A stretch of 63,973 nucleotides of DNA, filler included, from Octopus bimaculoides (GCF_001194135.2; 8 parts of 8 records of this genome joined end to end with filler, not necessarily neighbours in it); one strand, 5' to 3'. Counted from the first letter of the whole stretch, positions 39,401-52,903 are shown. Notes: generated by a model from the letters alone, not told the origin. A program made the numbers and translations.

Positions 39401-42400
39401 TTGATCAACTCCTTGCTGTCGATGAGCGACTGGCGAATTTTTAGTCATCTAGTTATGTTCTTTGCTTCATGTAGTACTGAAGCTCTATCAGAGAAAAACT
39501 CCATGATATAACGCTTTGCATGTATAGTGGTCATACACAGTAACCATTCATAAATCTCCGCAGATGGTGCAATCTAAGCGCATATCAGCAGTCTCATCAT
39601 TTGCAGCCCTTTTTTTTACAAAGACAGTGGGATCATATATGTCACTTGATAAGTGAAAACCATTCCTTCTAGAAGAAGTCCCAGGTGAGAATCTGATAAG
39701 ACGGTAATAGGCTTAGTATACTAAAGTGTGTTACTATTTCTATTATTCTACGGTTTTTACAACTAAATATTATTATCTCCGAAATAGTGTGGATAGACAC
39801 GAGATGTTTTATAGATCGGAACTTACACAATGTTTATAGTACATATAGCAATATCTCTAGTAACAGAAGAAACGATACAGAAAGTTTAATTTGGTAGGGG
39901 ACAAATTATTTAATCAATATTTTCTTAGGCTTCGCTTTTACTTCATTGACACTGGGCGACTGGCAACGCATTTGAATTCGGAAAAATATAAAAAGTTCTC
40001 AAACTGCAATCACCCACGGAACGAGTAGTAAATGAACAATCCTTTCTCTAAAACAGATTTAGCTTGTTGCATATAATTGATCGTTCGTTTATTTAATAAA
40101 TATTTTGTTTCCTACGTACTGATCATTTTTGTAAGTTTTGAAAATATACAGTATGGTAATCGACTGTGCAGGCTTCATTAACTACTGAATGACAGAACGC
40201 ATTTCCAACTGTAAGTGCGTTTGAACTGGAAATGTAGTAGACGAAAGTAATAAGTTTAATTAATTCCTCATCCTCTATTTTAATGGTATTTTACACAAAA
40301 CTATTCTTCTTCAGATAAAATATAATGTTATAAACAGGTTCTCTTATCTTTGCTGATGGAAGACTAGAATAATGTGTGTTCATTTCGATACCACAAACGT
40401 CTGATTATTAAAAATATAAATAGTTATATCTCACTGAAAACAGACGTAAAGAGAGACTGAACTCCTCACTGTATATATAAGCTGATAATTATACTGCTCA
40501 AGTGTTTTTGGCAGTCACTGCACACAAGCTATTAACTATAAAACAAATCTGGCTAAATGCATGCCATCATTCTCAGAGCAAAATACTTAAAATGGCACAT
40601 TAATTGTTCCTCGTAGACAATGTTAGCCATGTCTGAAGCTTTCCACTTATTTTCTCTATTAACTATAGCATGTTGTTGTATGTAGTTATAGCTGCTTGTG
40701 TTGAAGTTATAAAATAAGGACATAGAAATATAATATATTGATATATTATGTGCGGCTGAATATGAAACAACATATGCGTAGTAATGACCATATATACTTC
40801 AATATATGCGAAAGTCATCGGTCAGTACACTTAAATGAAATAATATAATGCTTATCTTTGCTTTATCATCAGATATATGCAAGGTATGGTTGTTTTCAAG
40901 CGATATTGATGTTTTTCCATCGATTTAAAGTTTTGCTTCGGTTATATTCCTTATACTAAAATTATGCAATAGTAGGAAGATACAGATGAATTAAATGCTA
41001 CAGTGATGATAGTGTTATCTCTTTTGAAGAATGATAAGAAAAATAAATTAAAGATACTGAAAAAGCATGAAAATGATGTATAGGAAAAAGTGATTCATGT
41101 AACTTGGTATGATCATACGACTATTATCCATAGGAAGTTTATAATAATATGGCGAAGAAGTAACTGACAAGAAAAATATGGAGCTACATTGATATATCTG
41201 TTTTGACAGTTGCTGGTAGCGTTCCCTTTGAGTTTCGGAATACAGGTTTGATTTTATTGTTTATTTTTATCAGTCAGTGCATTGTATATTGATATACAAT
41301 TCGGAGAGGTCAGTCAACCATGCAGCATCACTGGGCTGGAAAAAACATAGAATGTAATAGCCAATGTTACGTAAAAATATTCCAGAAGATTCCCATGGCT
41401 GTATAAAGATAATCAATTGCTTGAAGCATGCTTGGAAATATATTTCTGACAAAAGATATTCCTTTTTTTATCGGCTGATATTGCTGACAGGTATTCATAA
41501 ATCATGAAGTTATATTTTAACTTTCTTCCGTTTTCTAGGAGAATGCCAATACTGCAAACATAAAAAAATGAACAATATATATATAATGGAAAAGCTCCAG
41601 ACAAAGACGACCTTTATCTCCGATGTGTCATAATACATTGCTAACCTACGGCAAATAGGTACGTATACATTACGCAGGATTATATATCTATATCTATATA
41701 TACAGAGAGAGAGAGAGAGAGAGGGAGATTTATTATATTATACATACATGCACGCACCCACCCACCCACCCACACATATATGTGTGTGTTTGTGTGTGTG
41801 TACATATGTATGTATATATGTATGTATATATTTGCAAATAGATAGACAGACAGATAGGCAGATATATNNNNNNNNNNNNNNNNNNNNNNNNNNNNNNNNN
41901 NNNNNNNNNNNNNNNNNNNNNNNNNNNNNNNNNNNNNNNNNNNNNNNNNNNNNNNNNNNNNNNNNNNNNNNNNNNNNNNNNNNNNNNNNNNNNNNNNNNN
42001 NNNNNNNNNNNNNNNNNNNNNNNNNNNNNNNNNNNNNNNNNNNNNNNNNNNNNNNNNNNNNNNNNNNNNNNNNNNNNNNNNNNNNNNNNNNNNNNNNNNN
42101 NNNNNNNNNNNNNNNNNNNNNNNNNNNNNNNNNNNNNNNNNNNNNNNNNNNNNNNNNNNNNNNNNNNNNNNNNNNNNNNNNNNNNNNNNNNNNNNNNNNN
42201 NNNNNNNNNNNNNNNNNNNNNNNNNNNNNNNNNNNNNNNNNNNNNNNNNNNNNNNNNNNNNNNNNNNNNNNNNNNNNNNNNNNNNNNNNNNNNNNNNNNN
42301 NNNNNNNNNNNNNNNNNNNNNNNNNNNNNNNNNNNNNNNNNNNNNNNNNNNNNNNNNNNNNNNNNNNNNNNNNNNNNNNNNNNNNNNNNNNNNNNNNNNN

Positions 42401-42834
42401 NNNNNNNNNNNNNNNNNNNNNNNNNNNNNNATGTATTTATATAGACGTATAAATATATTTATTGTTGACGTCATAATAGTTTATAATGTTTTAGAAAATG
42501 AAATGATACCTTCATTCCTTTTAGGAATAGTTAACTAGAAGCGAAGCCACGCATATGGATATAGATGAGTAATACATGTATTTTTTTTTTTGTTAGAAAT
42601 AGTAGTACTAAGTGTTATGGAGGTTTTTCTAGACTAATTAGTGTCGTATAATATATTTTTTCAAATGTGATTCAGACTATATCGAACATTACTCTGTGTT
42701 AGACTATGAAATTACAGCAGGTCAGATCGCCATCACTCAGTAGATTTCGTAACAGAATGAATAACTTGACTGAAAAAATTATATAAAAATAGCAATGTAA
42801 ATTATTGTATCGTTGTCTTATATATATATATAAA

Positions 42835-44062
42835 CTTACTGTTGGCAAAGGGAGCGTGGCGTGTTCAATTATTAAATAAAAATGAAAAAGTACATATTAA
42901 GTACAGGATATCACCAGCGATCGAGAAATACACAAGCACACAACTAGAGAAAAGTACGGGGCAAAATACCAAAAGAAGTCTAACTCCTCGTCAGTTGTCG
43001 ACTGTTTAAAACAACATGTTTCGTGCTTTTAACGACAAGACAGGAAAACTTCGTAAGACAGCAGCATCCAGAAATTTTAAAGATATAAAAGTTGCGGAGA
43101 GTTGGGGCTTTGAACGAACAAACGACAGCAAAGTGGATGTACGGAATCAATCGACGTAGACATTCGTTTAATGCGTTAGGCCAAGGCGAATTGTAATGGG
43201 TAACGAACTGGAAGAAATTTTGGAAGATATAAAATAAATAGAAGAGAAAATATAGAAAAGAAAAAAGAAATATCGTGAGGCGAAAGAAATCACATCCAGC
43301 TAGCTGGACGTCCCATCCAGAAAAGACAGTATCGAGAAAAATGGTCTATAATCATGTGTGAGCAAAGAGGAGAGAAGAAGGTGGAGAAGTGAGAGGATAA
43401 GGGAAAGAAATAAAGGGAGTGAGGAGAAAGGAGAAAGAAAGAAAGATTGAGAGTGAAAGAAAGACAGACGGGTGACAACAAAGAGGTAGGGAGAAAAAGA
43501 AATATAGTGGATTATAGCGGGAGAGAGAGAGAGAGAGAGAAGACAGGCAGAGAACAGTATCGCATAAATTATATTTAAATGTAAAAACGTACTGCTGACA
43601 AAGGCTGTGTGGTATTCAATTATTAAATAAAAATGAAAAAAATAATAATAATAAGTACAGGACATCGCTAACGAGAGAAAAATACGTAAGCACATAACGA
43701 GAGACAAGTACGGAACAAAAAAACAAAACAGAAGTGGTCTAATCCCCCCTCATTTGGTGACTGTTAATTACTACCTGTTTCGTGCACGTAAAGACATGAC
43801 ACGATAACTTGAAAAGACAGCAGTATCGAGAATTTTTTTTTAAATATGACATTTGTGGAGGTTAGGGGCTTTGAACGAACAAACGAGACCAGAGTGGACG
43901 TATGGAGATGGTCATTAAAATCACGAAACAGATAGTAATAAACAGACGACAAGTGAGGTGGAGTTAGACTTCTTTTGGCATTTTGTCCCGTACCTATATC
44001 TCGTTGTGTGTTTACGCCTTTTTCGTTCGTTGGTGATATGCTGTACTTAATATATATTTTCA

Positions 44063-44067
<5 letters not shown>
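42835..44067. repeat. Three diverged copies of a ~300-bp unit (two direct, one inverted partial); probable PLE pseudo-LTRs
   Basis: ttattaaataaaaatgaaaaa...aagtacagga...ggggctttgaacgaacaaacga at ~42835-43150 and ~43590-43910. 43913-44067 is the reverse complement of the first half of the unit. Confidence 0.7.
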
Positions 44068-44133
<66 letters not shown>

Positions 44134-44193
44134 TGTATGTATATGCATATATATATGTATATATACATGCATAGATGCATACATACATGCATG

Positions 44194-44225
<32 letters not shown>

Positions 44226-45432
44226 CATACATACATACATACATACATACATGCAAGCATAAATGACAGAGCTGCAGTTAATTTCTGATATTTGTGGATC
44301 TTAAAATATCTTTTGAGGCCTTATGGCATGCACGGCATTGAAAGCTGTGTAAAGATATGTAGTCAGAGTAGTTGGTGGAGGTTCCTTTTTCATGGGTCCC
44401 AAAATGAGATTTGAGCTGAGCAAAGAAACGCATGGTCTGTTACAAACTGGGCATCTCATTCTTGCCTTCTATACACTTCCAGTAATTCCTACAATGGAGT
44501 GCATTTCTCTAATACAGAGGATGATCTTTGCTCAAAAATACACCTTGCTGGTTATTTGAAAGAGAATAACACTAACACTCAGTCTTTTCTCACCTACGCG
44601 CTCTTTCACCAGAGTTCTTCTACTGTTCTTACGGTGGACTTACAAGGTTGGGTTAAAGAAACTGACATCAAACTCCAATCATGTTTTATGCATGAATTCT
44701 CTTCTTGAAATTGATATTGGATCTTTCTCAAATATTACCCACAAACCCTATCGCCAATATGTTAAGACCTAGAATGTCAAATCTCGAGAAATAACTTTGT
44801 CAGCAAAGAGGTTGACAAATAGATTTTGAAACTAAACAACCACCATATAAATCTATCCATTTTCAGAGCGCAGGAAAGATCTGAGACACCGGCTGTTTAT
44901 TGGCATTAGATCATAAATAATGTCATATACAGGGTTAATGAAGGTAACACCTACATATATAAACTAATACTTTAATATGACTGGGCGTGATTTTATATCA
45001 TCGTTGCGTTTCGTATGGTTAGATGCTACATCCGTAAATATTTGTTAATAAATTACTGGAAAGTAGTCAATATATACAGAAGAGTGACATATTTACTTTG
45101 AAGCAGCGAATGCGACTGCCAAGATTTACCAAAGCTGGATTACTAAACAGTAATGGAATAAATGATATTAGTTTCATAAATACAGATATGAGATTAAGAA
45201 GGATGACAGTACTGTTTACAATAGCAGGAGTGAATTAATCAAGAACAAATAAAAATCGCGAGGATAGGATTGTAACGCATATGTAACCATCCATCTCCCT
45301 ATCTATACGACTATCTATATATCGATCTATGTACCGGTTTCTCTGTCTATATAATTATCTATTTCCCTATTTATCTACAACACCTACAGATGTGTATGCG
45401 TATATATATNNNNNNNNNNNNNNNNNNNNNNN

Positions 45433-45474
<42 letters not shown>

Positions 45475-45517
45475 TGTGCATATGTGTGTAAATGTATATA
45501 TGAATATATCCTCCTTA

Positions 45518-45550
<33 letters not shown>

Positions 45551-45579
45551 GATATGCATATGCATATTATATATATATG

Positions 45580-45618
<39 letters not shown>

Positions 45619-45701
45619 TAATATAAATATGCATATATATATACATGTGTGTGTGTGTGAGTGTGGGGGCGCGCGTGTGTGTTTGTGCGTGTGTGTGTTT
45701 A

Positions 45702-45905
45702 CTACTGGACGTTAGCCTGCGAATGATCGAGAAAATTCACGCGGTATAGAGGTTGATGTTGGTATTTCAGTGACAACAATTAGTTGGAAAATACCGCATT
45801 GTGAACAAGATATCGACCGCGTGACGAACAGGAAAACGACCGCGTGGTGGACAATAAGTCGGTTGTGTGGCATGGGGAGTAGGAAAAGTGGGTAGATATG
45901 AGGGC

Positions 45906-45953
<48 letters not shown>

Positions 45954-47613
45954 GTACATTATATGTTCATATATCTGCGTGTATCCATCCTAGTGTGTAC
46001 TTGTAGGAGTGTGTATGTGTGATTAGATGAACATTCACTCATTTGCGCACGCACACACGTGTGCAAACACAAGTGTATAAGGATGCATACATCAACACTC
46101 ACAGGTGCACATACATGAGGGCTCGCACGCGCGCACATGTACCCCCAAGATCTCATGTATGTTTGCTAACACATGTACGCCCGCGAACACATGTATGCTC
46201 GCGAACACATGTACGCCCGCAAACACAGTACGCTCGCGCACACAAATCTGCGCGCATACATACGGTGAGCAGATGCATATGTGAAGCCACGCATATGCAC
46301 GCGTGTACATATACTCGTGCGGTCAAGCACAAGGCTTGATGTACAAGATGTAAGAGTATGTGGGTAGACAGGTATGAAGAAATGTTGGCGATTGGTAACT
46401 TGCGATAGTGTTCATGGGGTTGATTTGTGTCGATGAACTTGGTGCATGCGGTGCTAGGTGTGGCTGGTACTAAGGAGGTTTATCGGGATGTCGGCGGCCA
46501 GTGGTTTCAAATTTACCAGAAGGGTGTACTTCTTGTAACAGTAACACAATACCTCATATTTCTTCTTGATAGTTAGTGCAAGTTGGTAGATGATACGCAG
46601 TGTTTCGTGGTGACAGAGCTGGCAATTTAAGGGCGAATATGGTGGCGTGCTGTAGATAATAGTCCACTTGATGCAGAGTATTTTGTCTCGGGAGTAACGA
46701 AGTCATCTCCAGAGAAAGCACGACAGGGAAGTGGAGTTGTCTCTCTCCCTGAATCTAAATGAATGCAATTGCTGTGAATATCTTTCCTTGAAGTCATTGA
46801 CTGTCCTGCCCCCATAGAACCTAGAAATACCATCGGATGGTGTAAGGTGGGATCTGGATAATACAACCCTTGAGAGGCACGATCCCCCTAGAAGGTAGGT
46901 GGTAGGGTTACCGCAGTTGTAGGTTGGGGCTGGAGGTTGTGTAGATGCGTTTTTACGTCTGTTCATGCGTGCGATGTTAGATGAGATGTAGTCTAAGCAG
47001 GAATAGCTTACCTTGGCAGTATGGTCTCTGGGGATATGTGTGCGAGTGCATGTGCGTGATGGAAATATGCATCTACTCACATATGCATGCGCACGGATGT
47101 ATGTGCGCGCGCTTTCGTGTCCGGTCGGGTGTACATGTTCACACGTACGCGCCCATATACATGTGCACCCTTCTGTATTCATGTATATTACACGGGCACA
47201 CTTGTGCGTGTGCGTGTGCTCATGTGCATTTGTACATGGAGATAAAGGATTGCACATGTGTGTGTGTGCGTGCCTGCATGTGTTTGTGTCTCTGTGTGTC
47301 TGCGTCTGTGTGTGTGCATGCGAGCACGAGGATGTGTGAATGTACATCTAAGCACACATATACACTCGTATAAGTACGATGCATGCATGCATATATCTTG
47401 GCATATACATGTACATGTATACATATATACTTCCTATATCTACCTTCCTTTCCTACTTCCCCGCAACCACACGACAGATTTGTTGTTCACCACGCGGTCG
47501 ATTTCCTCTTCACCACGCAGTCGATATTTTGTTCACCATACGGTATTTCCCACAAACAGTTGTCGCTGAAATGCCAACATCAAACTGCTATATCGCAGGC
47601 TAACATCCAGTAG
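45702..47613 (-). mobile_element. Penelope-like element remnant: GIY-YIG endonuclease fragment between long inverted terminal arms
   Basis: Minus-strand YNCGNPTTYLLGGSCLSRVV...RFYGGRTVNDFKERYSQQLHSFRFRERDNSTSLSCFLW (~46700-46960) matches the PLE GIY-YIG region. 45702-45900 is the reverse complement of ~47430-47613, and ~46040-46320 of ~47030-47250. Confidence 0.8.
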
Positions 47614-48462
47614 CAATCATGGAATCTTTTCAATGACACTCTGATTCAGAGCTCAGTAACCGAAGACTAGTGTATCAAGGAATCTGAATCAAATTGTTTT
47701 GATCTATATATCTTCATATATGTATGAAGATTAGAATGCAATGGAGAAAACACAGCCTTTCAGATGATAATTTTCACCTGTGAAAAGTACGAGGAAAATA
47801 AGAAATTCTTAAATTTGGAATTTGGTCATATATATGAGAAAAAACAGTAAACAAATTATGGAGAAAAATCCTATTTATGGGAAACAAAAACAGAACTAAC
47901 AATTTGTATCTCATAGAAATGTGTTTTAGCAAGAAGTTAACAATAAATGAACTTAATAAATCTAATAGTAATTAATATAATTGAATGATACGTTATTTTA
48001 CTGACATATCTGTTGAACATTTCAAACACTAAATATTCATTACTTAACTAACCAAATGTGTTGAACCGAGTCCAGTGAAAGAATGTGTATAGTCCAGCAA
48101 TGTAATAGATAATTATAAGTACACTGTAGTTAAGAACGTAGATAAACGTAAATCATTCAAAAATTAGACAGTTATCTAAAATTAATTAAATTCAGGAAGC
48201 TATGATAATATTTATATTGTATAACTTATATCTGGCTATTATGAGATTCAAAAGATTAATGGCGCTAGAGCTATATGTTGAAACATAGGTTATAATAGTT
48301 TTTAAACATCTGAGTACGTACATAACAGTTAAAAGGATCAGAACACATTTAGCAGATTTTATCAGAGTAAAAAAATACCACAATATCACTACAATTATTA
48401 ACTAATATAAAATGTATTCTGTCATGGTATGTTAAATTGCACATATGCACAAATACGTGTAC

Positions 48463-48498
<36 letters not shown>

Positions 48499-50165
48499 TT
48501 GCTTGTATGCGTGCGTGTGTGTGTAAAATAAATTTATTTAATCCACACTGGGAGAATACACTGAGACTCGTTCAGAGGTTTTATTTTTTATCTCTAAAGA
48601 CTTAGCCGGTTTCACAGATTTCTCTGATATTTGAGATAGAAAGACGTGGAGCTATGCTGCAAATGTCTCGCTTCTCATTAGAATTTTAAATATTGTCTTG
48701 CTTTCTAATAGGGAACATTGCTAAAATTAGAATCTGTTTTGGATACGTTTTGTTTGCTCAAGGATGATCACATGATCAGCTACGTCCAGATGACTTTTGG
48801 CATGGAGTTGCTGATCGGTTAACTTTATTACGTTTATGCATTTGTTTTGCGAGATTACTGATGTGGAACTGTGTGTTTAAACATATATTGTTATATTTCG
48901 GGACGGCCAGTTTTTTTCCTGGCCAAATAAACACACGCATTATATATTTGTTCTTCCCTTTTTGTTATTGTTCATATTTTAGTGCTCTTTATCAGAAATC
49001 TCTCGTCACACATCTACTGTACTCTTGGCCTACTATCTATCATGCAATGTCTCTTCTTGTTCTGTTTAATCTATTCTGTCTTTGTATAGTATGTAACTTT
49101 ATCGGTGCATGCGTTTGCGTCTGTATGTGCGTGCGTGTGTGTGTGTATAAGGGTACACACACGCGCACAAATCACACACACACACACACAAATCATACAC
49201 ACACGAATCACACACACGCACACAAAACGCACATACAAAACATAGACACGCGCACACACACGCACGCATGCACATGCACACACACAAATACAGGCGCAAA
49301 CTCATAAGCCGATAACGATACACGCTATAGAAAGACAGAATAGGTTAACAGAAGAGGAGGAAACACGTGGGATGGAGCGTTGGTGAAAAGGTCACAGGAT
49401 ATGTGACGAAGAAAAAATTTAGACAATGGAAACTAAAATAAGAGCAATAATAAAGCTGAAGTGAAGAACAGATATATAATGCGAGTGTGCATTTAGCCAA
49501 AAATAAATGACCATCCCGAAATATAACAATAAGTTATAACAGTTACTCCGAAACATTTTGAGTTCAAAATATTTCCAAACGATGGAACGCCGAAAACATT
49601 TATTGGTCAAATATATCTTGTTCCTTTGACCGATCCTCACCTGTATTTTTTGCAATGAATAGTAATTTTTGATGAAGACCCAGAGATCCAGATAATTGCA
49701 ACCTCTAAATGCTTTGTATAATTTCTTTGGAAATGGTAATCTATTCAAGGATAAAGCACTTATTTCGATGAACGCATTTAAATTACCTATTGTTGAAATA
49801 CTTCTTTTTTCTCTTCATAAAAATGTCTCTTCGATTTGGTACAATAATATATAAATAAATCTAGATGTCTAACTTATTTACCAAAAGCTATTGATTTGAT
49901 TCTCACATCTGATAGGAAGAAGGTTGAGATTCGGTCTTTTCATTGGTTTCTGTTTTAATACTGACTTCACTATCGCCGTTGTCCATATGATTGCACCCTT
50001 GAATTCATTGATAAAAATTCGGTATACTTTTAAGACATCATCTTAGATTTTTAAAATGCTACCCAAAGTATGGAGGATATATTTATGTGTGTGTGTATAT
50101 GTGTATATATATNNNNNNNNNNNNNNNNNNNNNNNNNNNNNNNNNNNNNNNNNNNNNNNNNNNNN

Positions 50166-50208
<43 letters not shown>

Positions 50209-51876
50209 GAGAGAGAGAGAGAAAGAGATAAAGAGAGAGAGATAAAGAAAGAGAGGGTGAGTGAGAAAACTATATATAGAGAGAGAGAGAAAAAAGAGAG
50301 GGTGAGCGATAACTAGTTACATAGATTTATACATAGAAAGAGAGCGAGAGAGAGAGAGTGAGAGAGAGATCACTCACACACACACGCACACACACACACA
50401 CACACACGTACATAACAGATGGTTGTCCAAGGTACCATGCTGTGAGACTGAACATGGAATCACATTGTTGTGAGGAGAAATTCTTACAACGCAACCTCGA
50501 CAGCGTTGGCTACAAATCCTGTACTATAATATTAAAACCCAACCAATGAGAATGTTAGTGGTACATGGGGAACAATTATAATATCTTCTTAGCTTGGATA
50601 TCTGTTTAATATGTGCAGCGTGATTTCGTCACATCTGCTTCGGGTTGTATAATTCTTTATCCATTGTGAGTTAAGAGAATATTGTTGTAGAACTTTGTTT
50701 TTTCTTTCTTTCTTTCTTTCTTGAAACCTTCTAATGGAAGCAACATGATAGTAAATGAAGACTTCAAATCAGATTACAGAGTTGAGAAATTTAAATCGAT
50801 ACGACGAACAATGCATAAGTAAATTATTCAGACACACGGTCACACATACATGCATATATAATACACAAATACTGGAGACGAGAGTGTATATATATATATA
50901 TATAGATATATATATATATATATATATAGGAGAGGTGTATGAAAAGCCTTAAACATCAAAAAAGACAAAACATGGTAGAAGGCTCGAAACTTTACATACA
51001 CCTCATGTGTATATATATATATATATATAGCTGAAATTTATAGAAAGGCAAAATACGGAGACAGGTGTATTACTTTAGCGATCGGTAAAATGAGGTCTTT
51101 GACGTGTTGAGGCTAGGCTTCTCAACAAAAAGCAAGAAGGGAAAATAAACAGAAAAATTAAAGAAAAAAACTGTAGATTTAGCGGTCAAGCATGGCGAAG
51201 GATTNNNNNNNNNNNNNNNNNNNNNNNNNNNNNNNNNNNNNNNNNNNNTTAATTAATTAANNNNNNNNNNNNNNNNNNNNNNNNNNNNNNNNNNNNNNNN
51301 NNNNGGTGTTGGCTTGTTCACGTCCCAGTGATTTAGCGGTCTGGCAAAAAAAAAACCCCGAAAGAATGAGTACGAAGCTTTTTTAAAAAAATGGTATTGG
51401 GATGGATTCTTTCGACTAAAATTCTTCAAAGAGTTGCCTCAGCATGGCCGCAGTCTACCGACGGAAACAGGTAGGAAATAAGAGATAACTCTGCTCGATT
51501 TTCCTTAAATTCTTACATAGAACAATGAAGCTTACCAAATAAGCTACGGTTACCAATGACAGCGAAGAACCCTCTTAACACTCCAATCCTTCATCTATTT
51601 CCTCACCAACAAAACATAAAAGTAATACATTGTGCAAAATTCCAAAAATGTCAAGTGCTGAGGATGTGAATCAGCAAATTTACTCGAATTACATATTCTT
51701 CCACATATTTTGTGTTTTCTAAAGACATACGCACGCTCACACACACGCTCACACACGCGCGCACGTACACGCACACACATACGCAAACACACATACACAC
51801 ACACGTTCATGCACATATCTATTTATGTATATTTGCATGTATGTGCATATATATGTATCTATACATATATATGTAA

Positions 51877-51908
<32 letters not shown>

Positions 51909-52773
51909 TTTTATATATATATATACATATATATATACAAGTATGTATGTTTGTCAGTATATATACACACACACACATATATANNNNNNNNNNNNNNNNN
52001 NNNNNNNNNNNNNNNNNNNNNNNNNNNNNNNNNNNNNNNNNNNNNNNNNNNNNNNNNNNNNNNNNNNNNNNNNNNNNNNNNNNNNNNNNNNNNNNNNNNN
52101 NNNNNNNNNNNNNNNNNNNNNNNNNNNNNNNNNNNNNNNNNNNNNNNNNNNNNNNNNNNNNNNNNNNNNNNNNNNNNNNNNNNNNNNNNNNNNNNNNNNN
52201 NNNNNNNNNNNNNNNNNNNNNNNNNNNNNNNNNNNNNNNNNNNNNNNNNNNNNNNNNNNNNNNNNNNNNNNNNNNNNNNNNNNNNNNNNNNNNNNNNNNN
52301 NNNNNNNNNNNNNNNNNNNNNNNNNNNNNNNNNNNNNNNNNNNNNNNNNNNNNNNNNNNNNNNNNNNNNNNNNNNNNNNNNNNNNNNNNNNNNNNNNNNN
52401 NNNNNNNNNNNNNNNNNNNNNNNNNNNNNNNNNNNNNNNNNNNNNNNNNNNNNNNNNNNNNNNNNNNNNNNNNNNNNNNNNNNNNNNNNNNNNNNNNNAT
52501 TGTTACACTAGTGTTATACCAAGTGTAATAAGTGGAAGCGGGTAAAAGGGGGGTTGTTTTACCCTAAATTTATAAATCAATTAGAAAATGGAGGATAATA
52601 TGCTGTACCCAACGACTTGCAGACAGTGTATCCCGTTGAATTCATTAACTTACTTTGTAACTAAAGTGACAAAAAAACCAACAAAGTACAAGTGTTTATG
52701 ACAAACCATGTTATATTGATAACCGGGTTTACAAATAAAAGTACATAAGGAATTTGAGAATAAACATAAACTT

Positions 52774-52903
52774 AATCTTACAGCTGTTTCGGCCCCTGCG
52801 TTGGCATGCCCAATTCTATCCGAATAGCTCCTGCCGGAGTAATTAGCGTATGAAAAGCTGAAATGGGGGTACATGCACGATTCGCTAGGCCTCTTCAGAG
52901 ATT
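52774..52903 (-). ncRNA. Type I hammerhead ribozyme motif (minimal stem III, extended stem II)
   Basis: Minus strand reads AATCT-CTGAAGA-GGCC-(93 nt)-GGCC-GAAAC-AGCT-GTA-AGATT. The CUGANGA and GAAA core is complete. Stem I is AAUCU/AGAUU, stem II GGCC/GGCC, stem III AC/GU with palindromic AGCU loop. The GUA cleavage triplet predicts a cut between 52779 and 52778. Confidence 0.82.
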
